NCBI GenBank assembly: GCA_002633005.1
Contig: NMRA01000151.1
Span: 1 to 64,000, forward strand
DNA: 64,000 bases
Reading direction: 5' to 3'
DNA from: Phoronis australis
Lineage: Eukaryota > Animalia > Phoronida
The notes beneath the pieces are model-generated. The model did no database searches. It was not told the DNA's origin and saw only the letters and a program-made list of their open reading frames with translations. This document shows positions 11,816 through 23,304 of the stretch, piece by piece. Within the stretch, counting starts at the first letter, position 1. The number at the start of each line of letters is the position of its first letter. The position numbers and the translations under genes are program-made.

Positions 11816-14800
11816 TAGTCTAGACGCATTTCCTGAAAAGAGCCCTGTATAAGGTTCTAGAAGCATTTTTAGTAAAAGTTGAGAACAAGACTTTTTCACA
11901 TAATAAAGGTATCGAGAATTCAACTAACCCTGTTCCCAAGCCGAATTTTGCATTTTTGACAATCTAATTAGCATAAACAAAATGGCGGCCAAATTTTCAA
12001 GTTCAGATATTTTTTTGCAATAGAAATCACAATATACCATTTATAATGGTGAAATGTCTCACCACTACACTTCTTATAAATACTTCTTGAGCAATACATC
12101 ACTTATGAAAACTAAAAAATGCAACTCTAAAAATTTGAAAAATGATGTGTTTATACTTGTATTTTCATGGTCAACAAACATGCTAAGGTCATTCTGCAGC
12201 AAATTATTTCATATTTATTGGGTTATAGATGAATATGTATGGAATGTGGACAAATAATCGTTAATCTGCAATGCTCGTTGTGCACGGTGTCACTATTTTG
12301 ACGGAACATAAGGACAAATGTTCACACTATCCCGTTATCTTCCATTCTTAAAAAATCAATACAGTTATTGTTATTGAAGACGTTAGTTTCTCAGTTGCAT
12401 GAATTGTTCTCAGGCCTGCTGAACACAGTTTTAGCATTCACTTTTTGGTACTCTTTAACATGCCTGAAGCCAGGCAAATCAAACTGTTTACATACAAGGA
12501 ATCTTGATCATGAATGTGCTGCTGGCATGTGCATACTGATATGCATCTAAGTCCAGATTTCTTGTATTGGCATTGTCTACCGTTCCGTTGTTTCTGGCAT
12601 ACACACAATACCATCTCTAGGCAGCTGTCTGGGATAGAACTCTGTCATCAGTATAGGCTGCAAGCATAATTTTGCGTGTATCCCTCCCATATCAGCGGGT
12701 GCTGGGAGCTCAGGTATGGAACAATAATCATTTTGTCTTATCTTGACCTGATAGTGCACTCTCATCAGATGGAAACGGCGGGCATTATGCGTTGGAGAAA
12801 GGACTTCTGGGTTCACAGGCTTGGAGAATAGTAAATGGCGTGCTACATATACAGGTCTTTTGTGGTCTTGCTGTATATTCTGCAGACAAATACTTCTGAA
12901 GACGACATAATTTTCTTAGTGAGTTCACCAATGCACATGTTCTTAAGCAATCTGTGATGCTCTAGGAACACCTTCCATGATGATTTTTCATGTGATTGAA
13001 TACATGTAAGTACGAGTTGGTGCCAAACCCGGCCACGGCATGAAAAGCAAACGAGGATGTTGCTGAGGATCGTAGTAGTTTGTTGAAAAGTGCTTCAATA
13101 GGTATATATCGTTTCTTTGATGTGCCTGACATCGTTCAGATATGCTCACATTGCATTTGTTGGAAGTGCGATACCAGAAGCAGTAGAACATCGGCTATCC
13201 CTGGAAAACGCGACTGACTGTGGACAGCATGCAGTACCAATCTTGCATCTGGTTCTTCATGTGTGGATTTCAGAGTCCTCAAATCAGTCATATCCTTAGA
13301 TGATTTAATTGACTTCCAGCTCATCTTTGAACCCTCCTGCAACCATAACCTGTTTATATTCAGGCTTCTACAAACACAGTTCCTCTAACAAGAAATGTGT
13401 TAGGTCTGCTTTATTCTCAGCCAGTGCCCGAAACTTTGACTAGTTGAGAAAGAGGTACATCACGACCTTCCAAAAATCACCTGACTTGCCATGTTCCTAT
13501 ACTGCGCTGTTTTCTTGTGTCCTTCATTGTTTTTTGTCTGTCAAATACAATATCAATTTTATGATATCGAAATCCTGTGTTGAGCACTGTTTTCATGAAT
13601 GAATCAGCCAGGTTTTCGAAGGTCACATCACCATCAGGCTTCCCAAGAGCTACCAGCAATGCTTCGCCATCAATAATGAGGCAAGCAGACGTGTCGTGGA
13701 GTTGAATTGTTTCAGGACAGTAGATTTGTTAACTATTAATTCTTCGGCAAGTGAGGATTTATCTCCAGTGCGCAATGTGCCACTCTTTTCTGCAAGAAAA
13801 CATGGACGGGTAGAAGCTCGCGTTTGAGCACAGACTGCAAATCAACTGGCCGACCCGCCACATAAGCCGTAGCTACACAGCGAAGTACATGCCTTAAGAA
13901 CTATTTTTTGTCTTTGTCTTTGTTTTATTTAACCACATCATATAAGTAGGCAAATTTTGGGACATTATTTTTGAGCAAAGGCGCATGAATTGACATGTCG
14001 GAATTATCGCATTGCTCAGTGATAATGTAATTTTTTTAATTTGTTCGTGTCCAAGTTCCTTGGCATGCAAAAGTGACTCTTGGATTGGTGCTGCTGCTTG
14101 GCCTTTTGTTACAAGGCTTTGCAGCAGCTCAGGCCTTGCGTACGAGAAGACCTTCAATCCATGGAAAGTGTAAAGAAGGGAACTCTCGACATTATTTTGG
14201 CTCAGTTGCCTGGCTTTCGTGGCTTCGTCGCATATATGTACTCCCATAGCGGTAAGTTTGTTCATCTATATGAAATCTCAGATTAAATGAGAATGTCCAT
14301 CTCCACAGAGCTGACGTGGTTTCGGTATTACCGATGATGCCACCTCTTTTTACCTGCCCCATTTACCCATTGGTCAGCATCTACCTGACAGAGCATATGA
14401 GGAGATCGCTTGACTACAAATTTTCCTGCTTGAAACTCTGACCAAACAGATTGTGGAAGCTGATGCATCTCGGCTAAAAAAACTGCACCCCACTCGGGCA
14501 TAATTCAGTGGGGCAGCATGCGAGTAAATGAATAGAGATGCAGTTTCCAAATGCCATCCCGTTGAGAGCACGTGTACTTTAATAATATTGGAACCATGTC
14601 CATGTAACTCCGACACAAGCTGAAATTCACATCATCAGACCTACTGTTGACAAAATGCCCAGGAGTTTCCTGAACTTATCCTGATTGAGAAATGGAAAAG
14701 TGAAAAACGAAAAAGACCAGTTCCTTAGGCCTTGACTAAGTACTGCACTCTTTATACACACCTCAGCTATTCCGGAATTACTCATGTCATCTCCTTTGGC

Positions 14801-15578
14801 CTTAATGAACTTCATTGATGCGTGAAGAATCAGTAAATGAGGTACTGTGTTAACATATTTTGGTATTCTGGGACCGACCACGTAAGCTCCATTAATCTGC
14901 AGCAGAGTGCTTGGTCGACTGTGAGGACGGTATGTTCCTGTCCAAAATGGGACGATATGGCCATGCATCTCTCTACAACAGTATTTAAAAGTCATGTTGT
15001 TATGTTTACAATGCTTTTATGTCTTATCTAAATAGTGAGATGTTTGCAAAAAAGCATTGATAATAAGGATTTCTAATTTAATTTTCAGGCTTTATTAATG
15101 AGCATTTGTAACTTAGTGAAGATGAAATAAAAAGCTTCACATGTGTCATAATGATTTTTCTAGACCTTCAAAACATTGGTATAGACATCTTATTTGTCAT
15201 GTTTGCCTGCAAATTGATAAAGTTACACCGAAATTTGAATTTGTTTTTCGGTAATAGCGGCAGCTAATTAGCATAATTGGGGAATTTAATGACGTTCATT
15301 AATATGTTGTCAAAATTAAGTGATCTAAGAACACTTATACTATGTTTTGTAGCAAAAATTCCTAATCATTCGTCACATATTGTACTCCTGGTCTTACGAA
15401 TGTTTCTTGGTTTGGCGGCCATTTTGTTTATGCAAATTAGATGGTCAAAAGCTCAAAATCCAGCTTAGAACAGGCATAATCGAAATCAGCACACCATAAT
15501 TATGCTAAAAAGATAGGTTCTCCACTTTTACTAAAAATGCCTCTAACATGCACATTTTCCAGAAATGCGTCTAGACTA
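11816..15578 (-). mobile_element. Decayed Academ-superfamily DNA transposon
   Basis: Termini TAGTCTAGACGCATTTC...GAAATGCGTCTAGACTA, imperfect TIR similarity over about 180 bp, 3-bp TSD ATT (11813-11815 and 15579-15581), plus internal coding remnants. Confidence 0.85.
12520..14995 (-). pseudogene. Frameshifted Academ transposase / XPG-like / Cys-rich ORF remnants
   Basis: Fragments in the expected order: WHLE...LNYAR; TFENLADSF...IDIVFDR; STHEEPDARLVLHA...DVLLLL (HEEAD-like XPG motif); PEVLSPT...HLMRVHYQ...PELPAP; LCVCQKQRNGRQCQYKKSGLRCISVCTC. Many stops and frameshifts. Confidence 0.8.
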
Positions 15579-16465
15579 ATTACAAAACAAAACAAACAGC
15601 GGCAACAAGTCATTGGCCTGGTCCACAACATTAGAAATGAACCTGAAGTTCACACCAAAAAGAAATGAGCAGAGCATGATAGAAAAGATAAGCCAGACAA
15701 CTGCTTTACTGTTTACAAGTGCAAATCGAAACCACAATGGATGAATGAACAATGGACCCCTAGGCCAACCATTCAGCTTAAAATCGAACTCTCTCAAAAA
15801 TATAAGTCACTAGGAGGTAGGTAAGGTAATTACATCGCCCTCAATGCTGAAGAAGTCATTACGTGAAATTAACGAACAATAAGTCCAAGGGACACGGATC
15901 TTACACGTTCCACCTGATATCTCCGATGCTATTTTTGCAGGTGTCACGCGCCAGGTCACGCGCTTCACTCAGGCTCGCGCTTGTCCCTCGCTGGTTTCCT
16001 GCGTGCCGCTAGGTGGGGCTGTAGCCGCGCCAGCACGCAGCCAGGCAAAGATAGGTAACTATAAAATCTTTGACGCAGGTATCACTTAATTTTCCTCGGG
16101 AATTTTTTTTAATAGGCGTTTCTGATTGGCTGGTCGAATTCTCAACAGGCAGCGCTTTAAGCAAACAAACTGGCACGAGTGATGGACTCATATAGGCCTA
16201 AATGTGGTCTGTTGTACAGACAAATCGGTGCTTAAAATTTATGTTCAGGAAATGTGAAGCCTAGAAATTGTGATTGTGACTTTTCAGAATGCATCTTTCT
16301 ACCGTCGATGACTTTTGTTTCCGATGTATTCATAATTTGTTGAATACACGACACTTTTCATTTTTCACGGTCTTTATTCCGTTGCGTTCATACTTTCTGA
16401 ACAAAACTCTACTCTCTACTGAACATAGATACAGTAATTGACCTAGCGACATAATTAAAAAGACA

Positions 16466-16503
16466 CACGATATTTCGAAACATACTTGTTTCATTCTCAA
16501 GTG
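16466..16503 (-). ncRNA. Minimal type I hammerhead ribozyme, identical copy in the left PLE arm
   Basis: Exact reverse complement of 17729-17766. Confidence 0.75.
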
Positions 16504-16619
16504 AAGATAAAATGACGCAGTAATGCCACCACAGAGTATAAGCTGACGACACACACAGTGAGACACGGCGGGTGTGAAATACTGCAAAGAATGACTAAAG
16601 AATTAGGGTAACAGGAAAG

Positions 16620-17330
16620 TCACGCAAACAAGTGTAACGTGCGGCGCGACCCTGTTTGCTGCTCATTCAAAATAGGCTTCTCAAAAGCGATTAAAAGGGA
16701 CTCTAATACTTTCAAACGCAGCACATCTTGCTCCACGTAGCGAATTGACGTGTTTTCCACAATTTCTTGACGGGTGATTTTACGTGCGTGGTATTGCAGA
16801 AAATGATCTTGAATGGCGCCATTTTGAAGATGCATGGATAACCGACGGGAAAGACTGCAAACCGTTTGACCAATGTAACATTGTTTGACGTTTGAACGAA
16901 GACATTCATTCATAGGGCATACAAATTCATAAACAACACTACACTGTGCAACGGGGCGGACTTTCGCTTTAGAAATGTTATTTTTCATGACCAAGTTGGA
17001 GGACTTCCTATTCCGATAATAAATAATAACATCAAGGTAATCATCAGGCTTACAAACTTTAACGTTGTCCCTTATGATTTTCTTAATGGCGTGTTCGTCC
17101 TGGAGGTAATTATTAGACATGACATTTTTGTAAAATATCTTTTTGGTGACACCAGTCCGACGTGCAGGGACTTCATAGCTAATTCTGGACATAAATCGCT
17201 TAATATGGAAGTCCACGAAAGCATTGGTATACCCATTATTCACCAGTGTTTGTCTTATGCGATCTACCTCTTGATTGAACAATAGCCAGTTAGACGACAC
17301 CGAATACGCCCTCTTTAGGAAGTTGACCAC
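16620..17330 (-). CDS. PLE polyprotein C-terminal part: end of reverse transcriptase plus GIY-YIG endonuclease (5' truncated at the gap)
   Basis: RAYSVSSNWLLFNQEVDRIRQTLVNNGY (PLE RT thumb region); VVYEFVCPMNEC...CYIGQTVCSLSRRLSMH...H....H...LKVLESLLIAFEKPILNEQ (GIY-YIG with CCHH-type residues); frame intact. Confidence 0.92.
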   Translation of the reverse strand: MVNFLKRAYSVSSNWLLFNQEVDRIRQTLVNNGYTNAFVDFHIKRFMSRISYEVPARRTGVTKKIFYKNVMSNNYLQDEHAIKKIIRDNVKVCKPDDYLDVIIYYRNRKSSNLVMKNNISKAKVRPVAQCSVVYEFVCPMNECLRSNVKQCYIGQTVCSLSRRLSMHLQNGAIQDHFLQYHARKITRQEIVENTSIRYVEQDVLRLKVLESLLIAFEKPILNEQQTGSRRTLHLFA

Positions 17331-17334
17331 AACN

Positions 17335-17612
17335 GTTCAAACGTCAAACAATGTTACATTGGTCAAACGGTTTGCAGTCTTTCCCGTCGGTTATCCATGC
17401 ATCTTCAAAATGGCGCCATTCAAGATCATTTTCTGCAATACCACGCACGTAAAATCACCCGTCAAGAAATTGTGGAAAACACGTCAATTCGCTACGTGGA
17501 GCAAGATGTGCTGCGTTTGAAAGTATTAGAGTCCCTTTTAATCGCTTTTGAGAAGCCTATTTTGAATGAGCAGCAAACAGGGTCGCGCCGCACGTTACAC
17601 TTGTTTGCGTGA
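17335..17612 (+). CDS. Inverted partial second copy of the PLE GIY-YIG C-terminus
   Basis: Reverse complement of 16620-16897. Confidence 0.8.
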
Positions 17613-17728
17613 CTTTCCTGGTACCCTAATTCTTTAGTCATTCTTTGCAGTATTTCACACCCGCCGTGTCTCACTGTGTGTGTCGTCAGCTTATACTCTG
17701 TGGTGGCATTACTGCGTCATTTTATCTT

Positions 17729-17766
17729 CACTTGAGAATGAAACAAGTATGTTTCGAAATATCGTG
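17729..17766 (+). ncRNA. Minimal type I hammerhead ribozyme in the PLE pseudo-LTR
   Basis: CAC-TTGAGAA-T-GAAAC-AAGTAT-GTTTC-GAAA-TA-TC-GTG: stem I CAC/GTG, core UUGAGAA (U3-A8 in place of C3-G8), stem II GAAAC/GTTTC, GAAA box, palindromic AUAU stem III, predicted cleavage after C17763. Minimal hammerheads are an established feature of PLE pLTRs. Confidence 0.75.
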
Positions 17767-19135
17767 TGTCTTTTTAATTATGTCGCTAGGTCAATTACTG
17801 TATCTATGTTCAGTAGAGAGTAGAGTTTTGTTCAGAAAGTATGAACGCAACGGAATAAAGACCGTGAAAAATGAAAAGTGTCGTGTATTCAACAAATTCT
17901 GTATAACAGAAAACTTGCTCCCGAAGTACAGTCAGATGTATTCATACAGTATGAATAACACATCGGGTAAATTGGTCAGATATGTGTTTATTGTATATGT
18001 ATGTGCTTCGAGCACGCGGCTATTAAACATCACTGCAGAAACGAAATAGTTGCTGCGACGCCACTTGCATGACAAGGCTAAAAATGGTTTACAGTCCGTC
18101 ATTTTTTCACGGTGTTGTAAAGCTATAACCATCACTCGTGCCGAGGTTACATCGACCAATTCTAAAGCGCGTGCCACTGCGTGATACCTGCGTGCTGGCT
18201 GGGCTAACTAAGCTCGAAGCACTCGTCATTTAAGCGGATCTTGCCTAGCCCCTGATGTAAAATACATGGGACGAAGTTAGTAGGCCTACAGAAAATGACG
18301 ACTGTATACCTACGCTTAAAAACAAGTTCTCAATTGCTATTCGTTTGAACAATATATTTCTCTTTATTGTGTAATATGTTATATTAGTGGAACTTGCGTT
18401 TAATCGAAACAAATTGATTATGGTACATTTTGGCCTTTTGGTTGGAAATTATAAGTTGCCTTATGGAGACAAATCACAACATACCTTTTGTAAATTCTTA
18501 CGCTCTGCTCGTACACAAGGCGGTAAATTTTTATATTAATAAAAAACTTAATTTTCTGGCCTAGAAAGAAAATTCAATGTTGTAAATTGCTTAGTTTTTC
18601 GCGAGAAATTTAGTTAAGCAGGTACATTTTTTAAATAAATTTTAGTTTTTTGCCAACAGTCGACAGGCACGTAGTTTTATGGTATAATGAGGTGTCATAA
18701 AGGATGTCGCAGAATGTGTTATTGTGTTTTTGGATCATTACTTGTTTAGTTTAGTCACCGTATTACATCACTTACTGTTGTTGTTTACTACCACTTTCTC
18801 CGCATGCAGAAGATGAGTAATACTTCCTTTCCCAGAACTGTTTATCATCAGCATAGTGCATCCTTTATTTGTTCATCAATTTCATTGGTTAATTCGTGTT
18901 TCTCAGGTCTCTATAGATATCACTTTCACCATATTTTAAATAGTATCAGTAGCTTCAGTAGTATGAATTGATTAGTAGTTTGTTCTCCGCATTGAGAGTT
19001 GTTCTCATCATTCGTTGACAGTCTTCAATATACTAGTCAAGATTCATCTCTTGTGTTTCTTGCCTATACGAACCACCTCGTACACAGCCAAACCCCATTT
19101 TCCCGTGTACTCCCCACATTTTGGTGCCGTGGCCC

Positions 19136-19684
19136 GGATACAAATGTGAGGGGTCGATCGTTTAGGATACATTCACATTCAGTGAGAATCGTACGAAGTT
19201 CATCAAATGGCACATGTGAACGACCGAGGACCTTTTTTAAGCAGGTCTTGGTAATTCCAACGAGACGTTCCCAAAAACCACCGAACCATGGAGCGCGGCG
19301 TGGAATGAATTTCCATGTAACGTGTTGATCTGCGAGGAAATCTTGAATCTGAGCAGATTTAATCAATTCATTGACGTGTGCTGGAGCACCAACAAAATTT
19401 GTGGCATTGTCAGAAATCATAACTCGTGGTAAGGAGCGTCGGCTGGCAAAGCGACGAAAGGCTTGAATAAATGATGTGACAGTTAAGTCAGAGACCAACT
19501 CCAGATGTATCGCTCGAGTAATTGCACAAGTAAACAAACATACGTAGGCTGTGTTGTTGCTGTGAGAAGGGTTCTTGACGAACAGATGGCCAGTGTAATC
19601 GACACCTGTTATCTCAAAAGGTTGTGCATCTCGCACGCGGTCAGCAGGCAGTGGGGGCGTGGCTCGCTGAGGATATGGTTGACC
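19136..19684 (-). mobile_element. BEL/Pao LTR-retrotransposon integrase core fragment (within ORF 19064-19813)
   Basis: PPLPADRV..AQPFEITGVDYTG, LFTCAITRAIHLELV, FRRFASRR, ISDNATNF, WKFIPRRAPWFGGFWERLVG, LNDRPLT are diagnostic BEL/Pao integrase motifs, with D,D,E intact. No LTRs, RT or gag seen nearby. Confidence 0.92.
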
Positions 19685-20125
19685 AGTCCAACGGTACTTG
19701 ACCAAGCAGCCCAAGCAGCTGGACTGAATTCTATGGGCTATTGCATTAGCTAACTCCAACCGTCGGACGATGGTCGTCCGACGGTCAATTTTTAGCTGGG
19801 CAGGGTCCATCATGATATAGTGTATTGGGCCTATTGGGGACGAACAGACGCCTGTGTATTGAAGCAGACACTTGAACTTGGAATAACTGAAAGCGAGAGA
19901 CTAAACTACAGTGACTTAAAAAATCGATAACTGATAGGTGGCACCACAGTACAATGTGCACACGAGCATGCACTCATATGATAATGCACAAATCTGAAGT
20001 AGGGTTTTCTTGCAAGCAGCTGTTCTTATTTTTTCATTTAATTTGAACGTAAGTAAATTAACAGGTGTTAGTGACCAATCCAAAGATAGAGTGCTTTATG
20101 TACTAGTTACAGAATCCTCCACACA

Positions 20126-21905
20126 TTTTTATGCACCCACATATTTATGTGTGGACGCGCGGCCGTAATCTCTGTCCGTCCGTCCGTCCGTCCGTCCGTC
20201 CGTCCGTCCGGGCAGCGTCCGTCCAGCGTCCGCTGCTCTCGCTATCTTCAAAACTGGTTAACGCATATTCATGAAATTTCGCATATGACCTCCTTTCATG
20301 GATGGGACGGCATGATATGAGCGAAGTTTCGGACGGACCTGACTACTGGTGTGCCCCCTAGTGGCAATTTTAGTTTTTTATGTTTACCTCTGCGTCTTCA
20401 AAGGTCCTCAATATATTATCACAAAATTTGGTATATAGGCATCTGTTAGTGAGACGACGGTATCCTCCCGTTTTCGGATGGATTCGACGTAGTTTCCGCC
20501 ACCTAGTGGCCATTTTTACTGTTTTCGAGTCTGTTTTTAGCGTCCACCCCTCCTGTCAACCAAACCGCTCTAAGCATGATTGTGAAAATTGGAATATATG
20601 TTCTTACTATGAAGAGGACGGTTTACGATGATTTTCCGACGACTTCGACTACTGTGGCGCCTCCTGGTGGCAGTTTTGTTTTTTTTTTGCGCCTATGGCT
20701 ATATCTCCTAAACCATTTGCAGGATCTTTACTAAAGTTAGTAAGTGCATTTATATGATGATGGCAACGAAGGAGGACGACGACTTTCGGACAGATCTGAC
20801 TATTGGTGTGCCACCTAGTGGCAATCAATACGTTTACCTCTGTATCCTCAAAGGTCCTCAACGTATTTTCATGAAATTTGGTGTACAGTCTTCTGTTAGT
20901 GAGGTGCCGCTATCTCTTTCTGTTTTCAGGTGGATTCGACCTTATAGACATCACAGTATTAAGATGTCTATGGATTCGACCTAGTTTGCGCCACCGAGTG
21001 GCCATATTTACTGTTTTTGAGTCTGTTTTTGGCGTCCATCCCTGTATCAACCAAACCGATTTCAGGATGATTGTGAAAATTAGCATGTATGTTTTTACTA
21101 TGAAGTGGACAAGTGACGATGGATTTTCTGACTTTGACTACTGTGACGCCTCCTAGTGGCAGTTTTGTTTTTTTTTTCGCCCATGGCTGCACCTCCTAAA
21201 CCGTTTGCAGGTTACTTAATTTAACAAGTGTGTTTATATGATATTGATAAGGTAGGACGACGATTTTCAAATGGATCTGACTACTGGTGTGCCCCCTGGT
21301 GGCAATTTTAGTTTTACGTTTTCCTCTGTATCCTCAAAGTTCGTCAATGAATTTTCATAAAATTTTGAATACGGGCATCTATTGGCGAGCCGATGCTATC
21401 CTCCTGATTTGGGATGGAATCAAGGTATTTCAAGTTTGCACCACCTAGTGGAAATTTTCGCTGTTTTCGAGTCTGTTTTTGGCGTCTATCCCTTTATCGA
21501 CCAAATCATTCTGATGATTTTGAAAATTGACGTATATGTTCTCAATGTGAAGAGGACGGTTATCGATGACAACTATCACTACTGTGGCGCCTCCTAGTGG
21601 TAGTTTTGTTTTGCTCCCATAGCTGTATCTCCCAAACCTACTTTGCAGGATCTTAATTAAATTTAATTAGTAAGTGTATTTATATGAAACGACCAACAGA
21701 CAATGACAACTTTCAGGCGAATCCAATGAACAGTGTGCCCCCTAGTGGCAATTTCATTTTATTGTGTTTTCTTTGTTTCTCTGAAGTTCCATGACAGATT
21801 TCTATGAAATTTGGTGTACAGCTTTCTATTAAAGAAGCAATGACCTGTTCCCGTTTTCAGATGGATTGTATGTTTTTGCATCATCTAGTAACCATTTTTA
21901 TGACA
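20126..21905 (-). mobile_element. Helentron-like element, family 2 (array of ~150-bp monomers with CCACTAGGNGGC motifs), minus orientation
   Basis: 3' hairpin at about 20130-20158, (GTCC)n at 20174-20209, then about 11 diverged ~150-bp monomers. Confidence 0.72.
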
Positions 21906-23304
21906 CAAATAGGGTTGAGAAATGTAATTGACTTTTATATAAAGAAAGGGAGATCTGCAGACAAAATACTGTGATTCTATTTTTGATCAATATATAGTTA
22001 CACTAATATCACATATTCTGTACACAACAAGTGAGAGTAAAAACTTAAGTTTGCCAAACAATTCTGAAAATTGCTAACTTTTAGCAGTAGATACACTATG
22101 TACATCATTCACAAAAATGTGGTCATAAATACAATTTACACAGAGCTGGCATTCACAACTTTGCAAGACAGGAATGTAACCCATCTTCCCTCTTGGTCTG
22201 AAGATAAATCTACTGTTAAATGCACATAAACCATTTACTACTGTGAACATTAACAACCTCCACACAGCTTTAACCATAACTAAATTTGTTTTGAAACCAC
22301 ATGACTTCAAAAATTCCATCACAACTTGAGAACTGATTTTAAAACCAAAAATTGACTCTTTATCTCCCATGTTTAAGCCATTTCATCTTGCCATAGTCAA
22401 GTCATTTCCGTAGGAATAATCTACAAGTTTCTAACATCATTCTTGTAATACTCACTAAATACACTGAAACATTGATCAATAGATATAAATAATCTTAACA
22501 CTTGCAGTACTGAATAGGAAACCTATTACAAACAGAAGGAAAATAAAGTCAGTACAGTATTGGAAGCATTTAAGCAAACTTTGGAACCCCAAAATGGCCG
22601 TCCAGAAGTCCAAATAATGCAAAAGTGTTGAAAATGGCAAACACAAAATTGTCTACTGGGGTTCAGGACCCAGTTGCATAAAAGTTATATGCTGGATAGC
22701 AACAATGACCTTGAATAATCACGTGCTGCATTGCCTTTATTGAACTATGTAGTTGACGTCACAATCGAACTTATCCAGTGGATAAGCTTTAACGTTTTGT
22801 GAAACGAAGCCCTGGTGCACAGTAAAACACTGTGCTTTGACAATGTCATGTGACCACATTCAACTGATAGAGCTTAGTCATTTAAATAATGGTGTGATCT
22901 GAGCTGATGCGACATCAGTTAATGTGCTGCACATCTGGATAGTCCTTCGAAGTGGGTGATATACACACATAGACAAATACTGTAGCCCATAGCCATTCTA
23001 AAACATGATGCCAGACCAGCAAGTTTCAATGTTTCCTGGTTTTCCTATAGAATGTACTTATCCTACTCAAAAAGAAATTTTTATTCAAGTCATAAAAATG
23101 TTTTCAGCCTGATGCAGCACCATCTTTAAAAGCACACTTTGCCTCGTTTTGAGGTGGAATATTTTTGTAATATGGCATTCAACGTTAGCTTTTCTAAGTA
23201 TGTCTGATAAAACAGAGGACCAAATGGAGTTCACAGATTCCTTTAATACCAAAACTTACGGCTGCTAACTTCATTTACAAACGCATACCTACAGTAGAGT
23301 CCTG

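Larger units (their letters stand above)
16335..17934. mobile_element. Penelope-like retroelement (probably Naiad-type), inverted pseudo-LTR configuration, interior collapsed at the N at 17334
   Basis: Inverted arms 16335-16897 and 17335-17898; 36-nt tail 17899-17934 on the right arm only; 12-bp TSD GATGTATTCATA at 16323-16334 and 17935-17946; GIY-YIG ORF; hammerhead motifs. Confidence 0.93.
15850..18290. mobile_element. Older repeat related to the interior of the 28160-29337 element, split by the Penelope-like insertion
   Basis: 15857-15980 matches 28666-28807; 18234-18282 matches 29058-29105. Confidence 0.55.

Noticed and set aside
16330-16587. 85-aa ORF (and related ORFs at 17645-18049, 7235-7435 and 7423-7608) as an independent gene
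   Set aside because: These are the PLE pseudo-LTR running into the truncated start of the element's own ORF.
17610-17725. SECIS element after the PLE stop codon (some Naiads encode selenoproteins)
   Set aside because: No clear RUGA/GA quartet with apical AA by eye, and no in-frame TGA in the visible ORF part; the hidden RT cannot be assessed.
20351-21890. Regularly spaced conserved motif resembling a CRISPR array
   Set aside because: The intervening sequences are homologous to each other, the period is ~150 bp, the context is eukaryotic and no cas genes are present.
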